Origin: a virus
Taxonomy: Duplodnaviria > Caudoviricetes
Direction: 5' to 3' (one strand)
Virus record (IMG/VR): IMGVR_UViG_3300031951_000214
Span: 1-54,384 of that record
DNA length: 54,384 nucleotides
The notes beneath the pieces were generated by a model that had not been told where the DNA came from, searched no databases, and saw nothing but the letters and a program-made list of their open reading frames with translations. Positions 1 to 8,722 of this stretch are shown here, piece after piece. How positions within the stretch are numbered: position 1 is the first letter of the stretch; each line of letters begins with the position of its first letter. Made by a program: the position numbers and the translations under genes.

Positions 1-37
1 TGGACAGTGCCGCAGAGCTTGTAAGGAGTATGAAGAA

Positions 38-202
38 ATGAACGATAAACCAATAGAGCAAGCCAAGACACAGCAAGAGTTCTATGACGAGCTACGCAAT
101 GGTGTTATCGAAGAAGTGGCAGTAGCCATTGAGAAGTTGACTGGCTTTGGTCAGGACACCATCAATTCGTTTGCAATCTACATTCGGGAGATGAAGAAAT
201 GA
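38..202 (+). CDS. small hypothetical phage protein (54 aa)
   Basis: Not in ORF track; read by hand as MNDKPIEQ...IREMKK*. AAGGAG lies upstream and the stop overlaps the next start (ATGA). Confidence 0.7.
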   Translation: MNDKPIEQAKTQQEFYDELRNGVIEEVAVAIEKLTGFGQDTINSFAIYIREMKK

Positions 203-402
203 ACAACCCACCAGCATTTCCATACTTTGGGCATACAGGATGGAGTCAAGGCAACGGCATGACCCTGCGTGACTACTTTGCGGCAAAGGCTATGCAGGGA
301 TATTGCTCAAACCAACAGCACACCAGCAGTTGCACGGTTGAACTTACCGCTGATTGCGCTTACGAAATGGCAGACGCAATGATGAAGGCAAGAGAGCAAT
401 GA
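199..402 (+). CDS. conserved small phage protein (GMTLRDYFAAKAM...AYEMADAM type)
   Basis: Motif recognised as a recurring phage family; ATGA coupling at both ends. Confidence 0.8.
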   Translation: MNNPPAFPYFGHTGWSQGNGMTLRDYFAAKAMQGYCSNQQHTSSCTVELTADCAYEMADAMMKAREQ

Positions 403-620
403 GTTTCAGAACCACCACCGTCAAATACATCAAAGAAGTGTTGAGGGCTAGGACTATTCACGAAGTCATTGCCAATGAACTACGGGAAGCACACCTGCGC
501 AAGCTGGAAGCTGAGACTGCGGCTGAGTATGCCAATGCGGCTATTCAATACAACGAACAACGCATTGCACGACTGATGGCAAGACTGACTGAACACACAG
601 AAGAGGGAGATTACACATGA
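399..620 (+). CDS. hypothetical coiled-coil protein
   Basis: ATG at 399 overlaps the upstream stop; helical sequence. Confidence 0.7.
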   Translation: MSFRTTTVKYIKEVLRARTIHEVIANELREAHLRKLEAETAAEYANAAIQYNEQRIARLMARLTEHTEEGDYT

Positions 621-958
621 CACAAGATGAAGTACTTAATCTGGCAAGAGAGGCTGATGGACAAGTGACGATGTGGGTCAATCACAGCACGATTCAAAAG
701 ACTACAACATTTACATTTGAGTCACCCATTGATTACCGTGTCAGCGGCGACTACCCCGAGATGTACCACATCAAATTCTTGGAAAGGTTTGCCAACCTTG
801 TAGCCGCCAAGGAAAAAGAAGCCTTGGCACAGCGCACATGGGTAGGGCTGACGGATGATGAAATTGCACAAGGCTGTAAAGAGTCTTGGGTAACTGAACA
901 GGCTTTTCAATCAGCAGTGTGGTGGGCAGAGGAAAAGCTGAAGGAGAAGAACACATGA
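617..958 (+). CDS. hypothetical protein with C-terminal 'QRTWVGLT...KLKEKNT' module
   Basis: GGGAG RBS, ATGA overlap; C-terminal module shared with 955-1482. Confidence 0.75.
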   Translation: MTQDEVLNLAREADGQVTMWVNHSTIQKTTTFTFESPIDYRVSGDYPEMYHIKFLERFANLVAAKEKEALAQRTWVGLTDDEIAQGCKESWVTEQAFQSAVWWAEEKLKEKNT

Positions 959-1482
959 ACACTTGTCCAAATTGCGGAAAGGTAGCAGGTCTTCACTCAA
1001 GCATATTGCAAGGGTGTATGTGTCAATACTCTATGCAAGCACCACCACAGCCAGAGCAAGAGCCTGTGGCGTGGCTTATTACAGATGAAAAAATCAACAG
1101 CCTTCAAGTGGATTCAATTCACCGCTTGGTTGACCGAGCAAGACACGCACACATGACTGACATCAAGTTGCGTATCAACGGTCAAGATGAGTGGCATCAG
1201 GCTGATTGGCTGAAGCATCTAACTCGCACCACCCCACCACAGCCAGAGCAAAAGCCTGTGGCGAAGGTTGACGCAAATGACGAAGGCTATTGGGCGGAAA
1301 TACTGCCAGACCGAAGCGTAAAGGTTGGTCAGCTTTTATACGCCACCCCACCACAGCGCACATGGGTAGGGCTGACGAATGAGGAGATACATGAAAGCAA
1401 ACCCCCCTTGTCTAATGACGCAGTGGTTTGGGAACTTGCTGTTGAATGGGCAGAAGCCAAACTCAAGGAGAAGAACACATGA
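828..1482 (+). repeat. direct repeats at early-gene module junctions
   Basis: 26-bp perfect repeat at 828-853/1352-1377; 18-bp aaggagaagaacacatga at 941-958/1465-1482; 30-bp repeat with one mismatch at 1042-1071/1234-1263. Confidence 0.9.
955..1482 (+). CDS. modular hypothetical protein (CxxC N-terminus, two PPQPEQxPVA linkers, 'QRTWVGLT' C-terminal module)
   Basis: AAGGAG RBS then ATG at 955; internal repeats. Confidence 0.75.
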   Translation: MNTCPNCGKVAGLHSSILQGCMCQYSMQAPPQPEQEPVAWLITDEKINSLQVDSIHRLVDRARHAHMTDIKLRINGQDEWHQADWLKHLTRTTPPQPEQKPVAKVDANDEGYWAEILPDRSVKVGQLLYATPPQRTWVGLTNEEIHESKPPLSNDAVVWELAVEWAEAKLKEKNT

Positions 1483-1688
1483 TTGATCGGCTCATACTCA
1501 GCGTGGCGCTTATGGCAACAGGGTGGAATGGCTTGTTCCCCGAACCCACGCCGCCAGTGGAAAAAACGCTGAAGCAAAAAGCAAAAGAACGACAGCTAAG
1601 TGAAATCTGTCTGAGAAAAGACAAAAGACACCAAACTGATACTGTAAAGCGTATGTGTAAACGATGGAAGGAGCAACAAGGTGCTTGA
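1479..1688 (+). CDS. small protein with N-terminal hydrophobic/signal-like segment
   Basis: AAGGAG RBS; MIDRLILSVALMATG; two Cys. Confidence 0.7.
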   Translation: MIDRLILSVALMATGWNGLFPEPTPPVEKTLKQKAKERQLSEICLRKDKRHQTDTVKRMCKRWKEQQGA

Positions 1689-1863
1689 GGTACACGACAT
1701 CAACGGCAGACTCACGACACGCAATGTTTGGTACACGACCGATGACTATGGGACGTTATGGCGGTTCGTTGTAACAGAAGGCGGTGTTCGATTTTGGTGG
1801 GATGCAATTCATGAAACAGCGATGATGAAAATTCTTGGATACACAGATTGGAGTAGAACATGA
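1681..1863 (+). CDS. hypothetical protein
   Basis: GTG start after AAGGAG; coupled to neighbours. Confidence 0.65.
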   Translation: MLEVHDINGRLTTRNVWYTTDDYGTLWRFVVTEGGVRFWWDAIHETAMMKILGYTDWSRT

Positions 1864-2018
1864 TGGATAAAGAAGCAATTCAAAAAGCATGGAACATGAT
1901 GTCCATGCACAACAGCGAACTATTGCTTGAGAACGAGCAGTTAAAGAAACAGCTTATGCGCCAGAGCTTTTGGTACGCAATCAAGCGAGCAATCAATATT
2001 TGGAGGGGGAAAGAATGA
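1860..2018 (+). CDS. hypothetical protein (52 aa)
   Basis: Read by hand as MMDKEAIQKAW...WRGKE*; ATGA overlaps at both ends. Confidence 0.65.
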   Translation: MMDKEAIQKAWNMMSMHNSELLLENEQLKKQLMRQSFWYAIKRAINIWRGKE

Positions 2019-2182
2019 TTGAAGCAATCAGAACATTTTTTGGTAAATCGCGTGGGGAACACGGGGAGCGCAGAACGGTCGTGCAAGAAGGTCTTGTATG
2101 GCGGTGCAGTAACTGCTACCTTATATTTTTAACCAAGTCCGCTGGAGATGACCACAAATGCCAAGACCCAAGAGTGAACTGA
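2015..2182 (+). CDS. small zinc-finger-like protein
   Basis: GGAGG RBS; CSNC...HxC motif. Confidence 0.6.
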   Translation: MIEAIRTFFGKSRGEHGERRTVVQEGLVWRCSNCYLIFLTKSAGDDHKCQDPRVN

Positions 2183-2325
2183 CCACCAACCCAAAAATTG
2201 TTGGGGCGAGGTTAACAGAAGAACTTTTTAAAGAATGGCGCAAACTTGGAGGCAGTGTATGGTTAAGAAAGTATCTGATAGAACACAGAAAAAAAAGATT
2301 GACGATGGAGAACCAAAAATCCTGA
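2158..2325 (+). CDS. small putative DNA-binding protein (ribbon-helix-helix-like)
   Basis: Read by hand as MPRPKSELTTNPKIVGARLTEELFKEWRKLGGSVWLRKYL...; GGAG upstream. Confidence 0.6.
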   Translation: MPRPKSELTTNPKIVGARLTEELFKEWRKLGGSVWLRKYLIEHRKKRLTMENQKS

Positions 2326-2447
2326 GTCAAGAACAGCTACTTAAATGGTGGCCTTTTGATCGTGTGGACGGGCAATCACTTGAACGTCTATATAGAAAAA
2401 TAAAAAAAGAAGAAGTGCTCAAGCACTCAGAAGACGCGTTAGTTTAA
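2259..2447 (+). CDS. hypothetical protein
   Basis: GGAGG RBS before ATG 2259; WWPFDR motif. Confidence 0.5.
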   Translation: MVKKVSDRTQKKKIDDGEPKILSQEQLLKWWPFDRVDGQSLERLYRKIKKEEVLKHSEDALV

Positions 2448-2465
2448 TTAACCAAGGAGAGAGAA

Positions 2466-2945
2466 ATGACTACAACCAAAAAACCACGTGACACAGTGAA
2501 ATCAAGAAAAATCTTGTCGTACATGACATATCACCCAAATGCAACGACAGAACAAATTGCATCAAAATTTAACATCACTAAACAATACGTGTATGTGATG
2601 CGCCATAAGATACGCAAGATGGCAAACACCTTGACACCGAAGACCGCGATAACCCCAATTGTCAAACCCGCGATTGTTGAAAAACATTTTGGTATAGACA
2701 TCGACAAAGTGCATGACCCAGTGAATGAGCCACAACCCGACCCAGTGAACCATCCTTGGCATTACAAAGTAGGAGGAATCGAGACCATTGACTTTATTGA
2801 AGCCAAGGGATTGAATTACAACCTAGGTAACGCCATAAAGTACATCACACGAGCCGACCACAAGGGAAGCAAGGCGCAAGACCTAGCCAAAGCTATTTGG
2901 TATCTACGAAGAGAAATAACAAACAATGTCCCTAATAACTCTTGA
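2466..2945 (+). CDS. N-terminal HTH fused to DUF3310 (T7 gp1.7 nucleotide-kinase-like) domain
   Basis: DPVNHPxHY...GIETIDFI...GNAIKYxxRAxHKG...DLAKAxWYL; N-terminal 'ATTEQIASKFNITKQYVY'. Confidence 0.8.
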   Translation: MTTTKKPRDTVKSRKILSYMTYHPNATTEQIASKFNITKQYVYVMRHKIRKMANTLTPKTAITPIVKPAIVEKHFGIDIDKVHDPVNEPQPDPVNHPWHYKVGGIETIDFIEAKGLNYNLGNAIKYITRADHKGSKAQDLAKAIWYLRREITNNVPNNS

Positions 2946-4797
2946 TTTTGAAACGTACTACACCGACACAGACCTTGGGTTCAAAAAGCAGACGACTGAA
3001 GAGTACGTGCGAGACCCTCGGTTTGAGGTCATAGGTGTAAGTGTTCAGGTGGATGCTGAAGACCCAGTTTGGTTTTCAGGGACACATGAACAGATACGTA
3101 AGTTTTTCAAGCAGTTTGACTGGAAGGGTAGTGCTGTCTTGGCGCACAACACGCTGTTCGATGGCGCTATCCTCAGTTGGATTTTTAACATCAAGCCGAT
3201 GGCATTGTTGGATACATTGTCAATGGCGAGAGCATTGCATGGGGTAGATGCAGGTGGTTCACTTGCCGCCCTTGCGAAGCGCTATGAGATTGGGGAGAAG
3301 GGCGATGAGGTTGTCAAAGCAATTAACAAGACACGCTTAGACTTTACAGAAGAAGAGTTGGCACTGTATGGTGAGTACTGTAGGAATGATGTACGCCTGA
3401 CATACAAACTATTCTTGTTGATGATGCCAAGCTTTGACCCTGACGAGTTGAAGTTAATAGACATGACGTTGCGCATGTTCACCGACCCGATGTTGTATGT
3501 GAATCAGGATACCCTGAAAGAGCGATTTGATGACTTGGCAAAAGAGAAATCAGATTTGCTTGCTTCACTGATGACTGACCTTGATTGCGCCACAGAAGAA
3601 GAGGTGCGTGAGAAGCTGTCGAGTAACGCCAAGTTTGCCAAGGTGTTGGAGAAGCTGGGTGTGCCTGTGCCGATGAAGATGAGCGAGAAGCAGAAGAAGG
3701 AAGTGCCAGCGCTTGCGAAGAAGGACGAGGGGTTCATCGCACTGACTGAGAGCGAAGATACTTTTATTCAACACCTGTGCGCTGTGCGTTTGGGGACGAA
3801 GTCTACGCTTGAAACCAAACGACTTGAACGATTCATGGGTATAGGGTTACGCAACAAGGGCAGACTGCCTATCCCGTTGAAGTATTACGGCGCACACACT
3901 GGGCGTTGGTCAGGCACAGACAAGGTGAACTTCCAGAACTTACCGAGCAGGGATGCCAAGAAGAAAGCGCTGAAGAAAGCCATCGTGCCACCTGAAGGCT
4001 ATGTGGTAATTAACTCTGACTCATCGCAGATTGAGGCTCGGGTACTTGCGTGGGTGTCTGGTCAGGAAGATGTTGTCAAGCAGTTTGCTGATGGCGAAGA
4101 TGTCTACTCAATATTTTCATCGTCGGTTTACAACAGGAAGATCACTAAAGCTGATGAGGTAGAACGATTCGTGGGTAAGACATGTATCTTGGGATTGGGC
4201 TTTGGTACAGGGGCGTTGAAGCTACAACACACATTGGCTACAGCTCAACCAGTAAGCGTGAAGCTCCCCGAAGAACAATGCAAAACCATTGTGGGTATTT
4301 ATCGGGAGAAGAATTACAAGATACCTGAACTATGGGGTGACGCTGACAGGATGCTTGACACCATGATGAATGGCAAGATCAAGAAACCAATACAACTTGG
4401 TGAGCATGGTTGTTTGTTCTACGACAACGACGGAGTGATTCTCCCCAATGGTCTGCGCATACGCTACGCCAACTTGAGGCGCATGGACAAGGACGGTAAG
4501 TCACAGATTGTTTACGATTCACGCAGGGGTGAAATCTCAACTTGGGGCGGTAGTATCACAGAAAACGTAGTGCAAGCCCTAGCAAGAATTATCGTGGGTA
4601 AGCAGATGCTTGCCATATCTGAAAGATACAGAGTAGCTTTGACAGTACATGATGCGGCAGTCGTTGTCGTGCAAGAAGACGACGTACCTGAAGCCGTAGC
4701 GTATATCAATAAAGTAATGTCTACCCCACCCGACTGGGCGACAGGCTTGCCAGTGGCATGTGAAACAAAAGTCGGTGCAACCTATGGAGACTGCTGA
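2926..4797 (+). CDS. polA: DNA polymerase family A with 3'-5' exonuclease domain
   Basis: ExoI DFET, HNxxFD, TGRWS, NFQNLP, motif A DSSQIEAR, motif B KTCILGLGFG, motif C VHD. Confidence 0.95.
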   Translation: MSLITLDFETYYTDTDLGFKKQTTEEYVRDPRFEVIGVSVQVDAEDPVWFSGTHEQIRKFFKQFDWKGSAVLAHNTLFDGAILSWIFNIKPMALLDTLSMARALHGVDAGGSLAALAKRYEIGEKGDEVVKAINKTRLDFTEEELALYGEYCRNDVRLTYKLFLLMMPSFDPDELKLIDMTLRMFTDPMLYVNQDTLKERFDDLAKEKSDLLASLMTDLDCATEEEVREKLSSNAKFAKVLEKLGVPVPMKMSEKQKKEVPALAKKDEGFIALTESEDTFIQHLCAVRLGTKSTLETKRLERFMGIGLRNKGRLPIPLKYYGAHTGRWSGTDKVNFQNLPSRDAKKKALKKAIVPPEGYVVINSDSSQIEARVLAWVSGQEDVVKQFADGEDVYSIFSSSVYNRKITKADEVERFVGKTCILGLGFGTGALKLQHTLATAQPVSVKLPEEQCKTIVGIYREKNYKIPELWGDADRMLDTMMNGKIKKPIQLGEHGCLFYDNDGVILPNGLRIRYANLRRMDKDGKSQIVYDSRRGEISTWGGSITENVVQALARIIVGKQMLAISERYRVALTVHDAAVVVVQEDDVPEAVAYINKVMSTPPDWATGLPVACETKVGATYGDC

Positions 4798-5855
4798 TGA
4801 GTGGAATAAATGCTAATCTAGAAAGAATACATAAACGTATAGACCCGAACCGTAGAAATACTGTTTCTACAAAAGAAGTGAATGAAAGATTCCGTGGCAA
4901 TTTAAAAATATTGTCTATGGGAAGAGTATCAGAAGGTATAACGTACCCATCAGTAAGAGACGCTTTTAAGTCTGACCCAAAGGTAAAAGACGGGATTAGA
5001 TATTTTCTTAGTCAGTTGTATGACACACTAAAAAGCAAGGACGGATTTTTTACAAAAGGTGTAGATGAAGAAGTTTGTCAAACAATTTTGAAGTATCCAA
5101 AAATAATTATTGAATCAGACTTTCAACCACCTGACAATGATTGGATTAGTTCTTTCATTGAAGAAGGCAAAATAAAATTACCCTTTCCAAAGATAGGTGT
5201 GATAGCTGGGTATTTACATGACGCCCCTAGCCAGTCTAATTTGCCATATTTTGGCAGGTCAGCCGCAGGAAGGGTAAATAGATTTAGTTTTTACACAGTG
5301 TCCCAAGACTACGACGGTATTTTAATAAGCGCGTTTCTTTCTTCTAGTGTAAATGCACCGTTGTATGTTGCGTCTATAAGGTTAGAAGTAACTCCAGATA
5401 GAGACAATCAAGTTTTGGGTATATACCCCGTTATCCCTCATAGTCAAGAGGGATGGCTAGACAGCGAAATGATACATGTCATATCAGATGCTGTATTACG
5501 CACAATCTATATGATGACTTACCACACAGGTGATGCGTACATATCTACACCCACCCCTAGAGAAATAGAAGTAAATCAGAAGAAGCTACGTAAAGGCAAA
5601 ACTCCGCTGATTGAGTTTCGACTGATTTCAATTACAGGGAAAGAACAACCCAAGACCCCCTCAACAACTCACGATACACATGCATCGCCTCGGCAGCACT
5701 GGAGGCGTGGTCACTGGAGATCATATAAATCTGGAAAGCGTACTTGGGTAGCGCCCATGCTTGTAGGCGATGAGGCCAATGGCAAGATCATTAAGGATTA
5801 CGCCATAGGTAATTACAAAGAAAAACGATATGATTGGGCTTCCCAAACCACGTGA
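4797..5855 (+). CDS. hypothetical protein with C-terminal SPRxHxRRGHWR...WV motif
   Basis: 352-aa ORF, visibly AT-richer than flanks, start overlaps polA stop. Confidence 0.75.
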   Translation: MSGINANLERIHKRIDPNRRNTVSTKEVNERFRGNLKILSMGRVSEGITYPSVRDAFKSDPKVKDGIRYFLSQLYDTLKSKDGFFTKGVDEEVCQTILKYPKIIIESDFQPPDNDWISSFIEEGKIKLPFPKIGVIAGYLHDAPSQSNLPYFGRSAAGRVNRFSFYTVSQDYDGILISAFLSSSVNAPLYVASIRLEVTPDRDNQVLGIYPVIPHSQEGWLDSEMIHVISDAVLRTIYMMTYHTGDAYISTPTPREIEVNQKKLRKGKTPLIEFRLISITGKEQPKTPSTTHDTHASPRQHWRRGHWRSYKSGKRTWVAPMLVGDEANGKIIKDYAIGNYKEKRYDWASQTT

Positions 5856-5864
5856 AAATCAGTC

Positions 5865-6524
5865 ATGGAAGCACACGAAGTCAAATGGTCTTACTCCAGT
5901 CTTAAAGATTATCAAAACTGCCCACGGCAGTATCAAGAAATCAAAGTACTGAAGAACTACACCAAGTTCCCCACCGCAGAAATGCGATACGGGACAGAGG
6001 TACACAAAGCGGTAGAAGATTATGTGGGAGAGGGTAAGCCCCTTGCGCCTGACTACCAACGCTTTGCCAAACAACTCCAACCCCTGATTGAGATGGAAGG
6101 CGTCAAGCATCCCGAACTACGCATGGCGCTAGGGTTTGATCGCAAGCCGTCTAAGTGGGGCGACTACTGGGTGCGTGGTATTGCTGACTTGGTCGTCTTG
6201 AATGGCGACACTGCGTTTATCGTGGACTACAAGACAGGCAGTAGTAAATACCCTGACCCCAAACAGTTACAGCTGATGGCCTTGATGGTCTTTTCACACT
6301 ACCCTGAAATCGTAAATATCAAGGCAGGGCTTCTGTTTGTTATGCACGAACACTTCTTTCCCTCCGAATACCACAGAGAGGATGAGGAAAAACTTTGGGG
6401 CGACTTTTACCCCCATCTTGAACGCCTACGCCTTTCGTACGAGAATGGTGTCTGGCAAGAAAACCCTACGCCATTATGTGGTTGGTGTCCCGTGAAGCGA
6501 TGCCAGTTTCATAAGGAAAGATAA
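5865..6524 (+). CDS. PD-(D/E)XK exonuclease, Cas4/RecB-like
   Basis: WSYSSL..Y..CP, GxxxH, GIAD, VDYKTG, QL, C-terminal CGWCPxxxC. Confidence 0.9.
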   Translation: MEAHEVKWSYSSLKDYQNCPRQYQEIKVLKNYTKFPTAEMRYGTEVHKAVEDYVGEGKPLAPDYQRFAKQLQPLIEMEGVKHPELRMALGFDRKPSKWGDYWVRGIADLVVLNGDTAFIVDYKTGSSKYPDPKQLQLMALMVFSHYPEIVNIKAGLLFVMHEHFFPSEYHREDEEKLWGDFYPHLERLRLSYENGVWQENPTPLCGWCPVKRCQFHKER

Positions 6525-6580
6525 ATGAAAGACGATAGATTGATAGGCGTAATCTATCAAGCCCATGAAGGAGAAACAAC

Positions 6581-6898
6581 ATGCCTTACGTGAACAAACC
6601 TAGACCGTACAAAAAAGAATATCAACAGCAGAAAGCCCGTGGTGAATTGGCTAACCGCATGGAGCGTCAACGTGCGCGTCGCGCGATGGACAAGAAGGGC
6701 AGGGATGCTAATGGTGATGGAACAGCTGATGCTCGTGAGGGTAAAGACATTGCGCATCGCAAGGCGCTGTCAAGAGGCGGCTCAAACGGTGATGGTGTAC
6801 GTGTCGAAAGCCCTGCTTTGAATCGTTCATTCAAACGTAATTCATCGGGTGCTTTGGTATCGGAAACCAGCAAACGTGAAAAAAAGTTGAAAAAATAA
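6581..6898 (+). CDS. HNH-like endonuclease
   Basis: GKDIAH..ALSRGGSN...V.S...NRS pattern; AAGGAG RBS. Confidence 0.7.
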   Translation: MPYVNKPRPYKKEYQQQKARGELANRMERQRARRAMDKKGRDANGDGTADAREGKDIAHRKALSRGGSNGDGVRVESPALNRSFKRNSSGALVSETSKREKKLKK

Positions 6899-6899
6899 C

Positions 6900-6927
6900 T
6901 TGACAAATAAAAAACTGACTCCATAAT
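6900..6927 (+). promoter_or_regulatory. sigma70-type promoter
   Basis: TTGACA (6900-6905), 16-nt spacer, CATAAT (6922-6927). Confidence 0.7.
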
Positions 6928-6932
6928 TCAAT

Positions 6933-7112
6933 ACATCAAGCGTTGTGAGTCGAGAAGAGGTGAATGAAGCTTGATCGGGCGTAAGGCATGAGTGGCTCGT
7001 AGACTTAATTGCATAGTCATAACCATTGTCAGTTGATCGGCAGGTCCATGAGCGTTAGTCCGCTTCATGCTCCACTGCGACAGGGTCAATCGTGCGGGGC
7101 GTTCCCCGCACG
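6933..7112 (+). ncRNA. putative structured leader/ncRNA upstream of the helicase
   Basis: Several complementary segments, e.g. atcaagc/gcttgat and a perfect cgtgcgggg/ccccgcacg hairpin, in a long intergenic gap. Confidence 0.5.
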
Positions 7113-7144
7113 TAAAGCAGTTTGAATTCAGTCAAGGGGAATAA

Positions 7145-8722
7145 GTGGAAATCGTGAACAACATAGCTGTGCGTTTTGAATGTCCTAGCGACATTGCACA
7201 GACAATAAAAAGCTACATCGAACGTAGCGAAGTGCTGGATGAAAAAGACGGCATTGCTGATGTCGTAGTGCATTGGGGTCTTGATGAGATGCAACGTCTC
7301 TCGTACCTTACCCCGCCCACCATAAAAGTTCCATCGCCCATTGAGCGTGACTATGCATGGCCGGGAATGTTTCAACCGTTCAATCACCAAAAAGATACTT
7401 CACGATTCCTAACTCTGAACAAACGTTCGTTTTGTTTCAATGAGGCTGGTACAGGTAAAACATCAGCGGCTATATGGGCGGCTGACTATTTAATGAATCA
7501 GGGATTGGTGAAACGTGTGTTAGTCGTCTGCCCTCTGTCAATCATGCAGTCCGCATGGCAAGCAGATTTGTTTAAGACTGCAATGCACAGGACATGTGGT
7601 ATTGCACACGGCACAACATCAAAGCGCAAAAAGATCATCAATGGACTCTATGACTTTGTCATCATCAACTACGACGGTGTTGGTGTCATGGAGAAAGAGA
7701 TTGCTGGCAAGTTTGATTTAATCATCATTGACGAAGCCAACGCATACAAAACCGTATCCACAAAGCGCTGGCGCACCCTTGCAAGGATACTGACCAAGGA
7801 CACGTATCTTTGGATGATGACAGGCACACCTGCATCGCAGTCGCCAGAGGATGCGTTTGGGCTTGCCAAGCTCATAAACCCCAACGGAGTGCCACGCTAT
7901 GCCACGGCATGGAAAGACTCTGTGATGCGCCAAGTAACCAAGTTTAAGTGGGTTCCGAAACCCGACGCGCAGGACACAGTGTTCAAGGCGCTTCAGCCAG
8001 CCATTAGATACGAGAAGGCGCAGTGTCTTGATCTACCAGAAGTTACTTATCAGACACGGGTTGTACCGCTCACACCGCAAGCGATGAAGTATTACAGAGA
8101 ACTTTTAAAAGAGATGCAGATACAAGCAGCTGGAGAAACAATCAGCACAGTCAATGCCGCCGCCGCACTGAGCCGCTTGCTTCAATTATCAGGCGGGGCT
8201 GTGTACACAGATGATGGCAACGTGGTTGAGTTTGATGTTCAGCCTAGATTGTCAGTGTTGCATGAGGTACTTGATGAGTCGCCCCATAAAGTAATTGTGT
8301 TCGTGCCGTACAAACACACACTATATCTAGTAAAAAATTATTTAGAGAAGAATGGCATCACCAATGAAATTATTTCTGGAGACGTAAGCGCAAGCAAAAG
8401 GTCAGCCATATTTAATTCATTCCAAACCATAGCGCACCCACGAGTACTATTGATTCAACCGCAAGCCGCATCGCATGGGGTAACGCTTACAGCGGCTGAC
8501 ACAGTTGTATTTTGGTCTCCAGTAATGTCTGTAGAGACATACTTACAGTGTATTGCTCGGATTGATCGCGTAGGACAAAAAAACAAAATGACGGTAATTC
8601 ACCTCCAAGGGTCTGAGGTGGAGCGGCGCATGTACACAATGCTTCAGAACAAAGTAGACATGCACGAACAATTAGTAGACCTGTACAGAGTGGAAATTGA
8701 AGAAGGAGAAATCAATGAGTGA
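7145..8722 (+). CDS. SNF2-family (superfamily II) helicase
   Basis: EAGTGKT, IIDEA, MTGTP, HGVTLT, QCIARIDRVGQ; GTG start after GGGGA. Confidence 0.93.
   Translation: MEIVNNIAVRFECPSDIAQTIKSYIERSEVLDEKDGIADVVVHWGLDEMQRLSYLTPPTIKVPSPIERDYAWPGMFQPFNHQKDTSRFLTLNKRSFCFNEAGTGKTSAAIWAADYLMNQGLVKRVLVVCPLSIMQSAWQADLFKTAMHRTCGIAHGTTSKRKKIINGLYDFVIINYDGVGVMEKEIAGKFDLIIIDEANAYKTVSTKRWRTLARILTKDTYLWMMTGTPASQSPEDAFGLAKLINPNGVPRYATAWKDSVMRQVTKFKWVPKPDAQDTVFKALQPAIRYEKAQCLDLPEVTYQTRVVPLTPQAMKYYRELLKEMQIQAAGETISTVNAAAALSRLLQLSGGAVYTDDGNVVEFDVQPRLSVLHEVLDESPHKVIVFVPYKHTLYLVKNYLEKNGITNEIISGDVSASKRSAIFNSFQTIAHPRVLLIQPQAASHGVTLTAADTVVFWSPVMSVETYLQCIARIDRVGQKNKMTVIHLQGSEVERRMYTMLQNKVDMHEQLVDLYRVEIEEGEINE

Noticed and set aside
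5865-6524. Cas4-like nuclease as a sign of CRISPR-Cas
   Set aside because: No repeat-spacer array or other cas genes; solo Cas4-like exonucleases are routine in phage replication modules.
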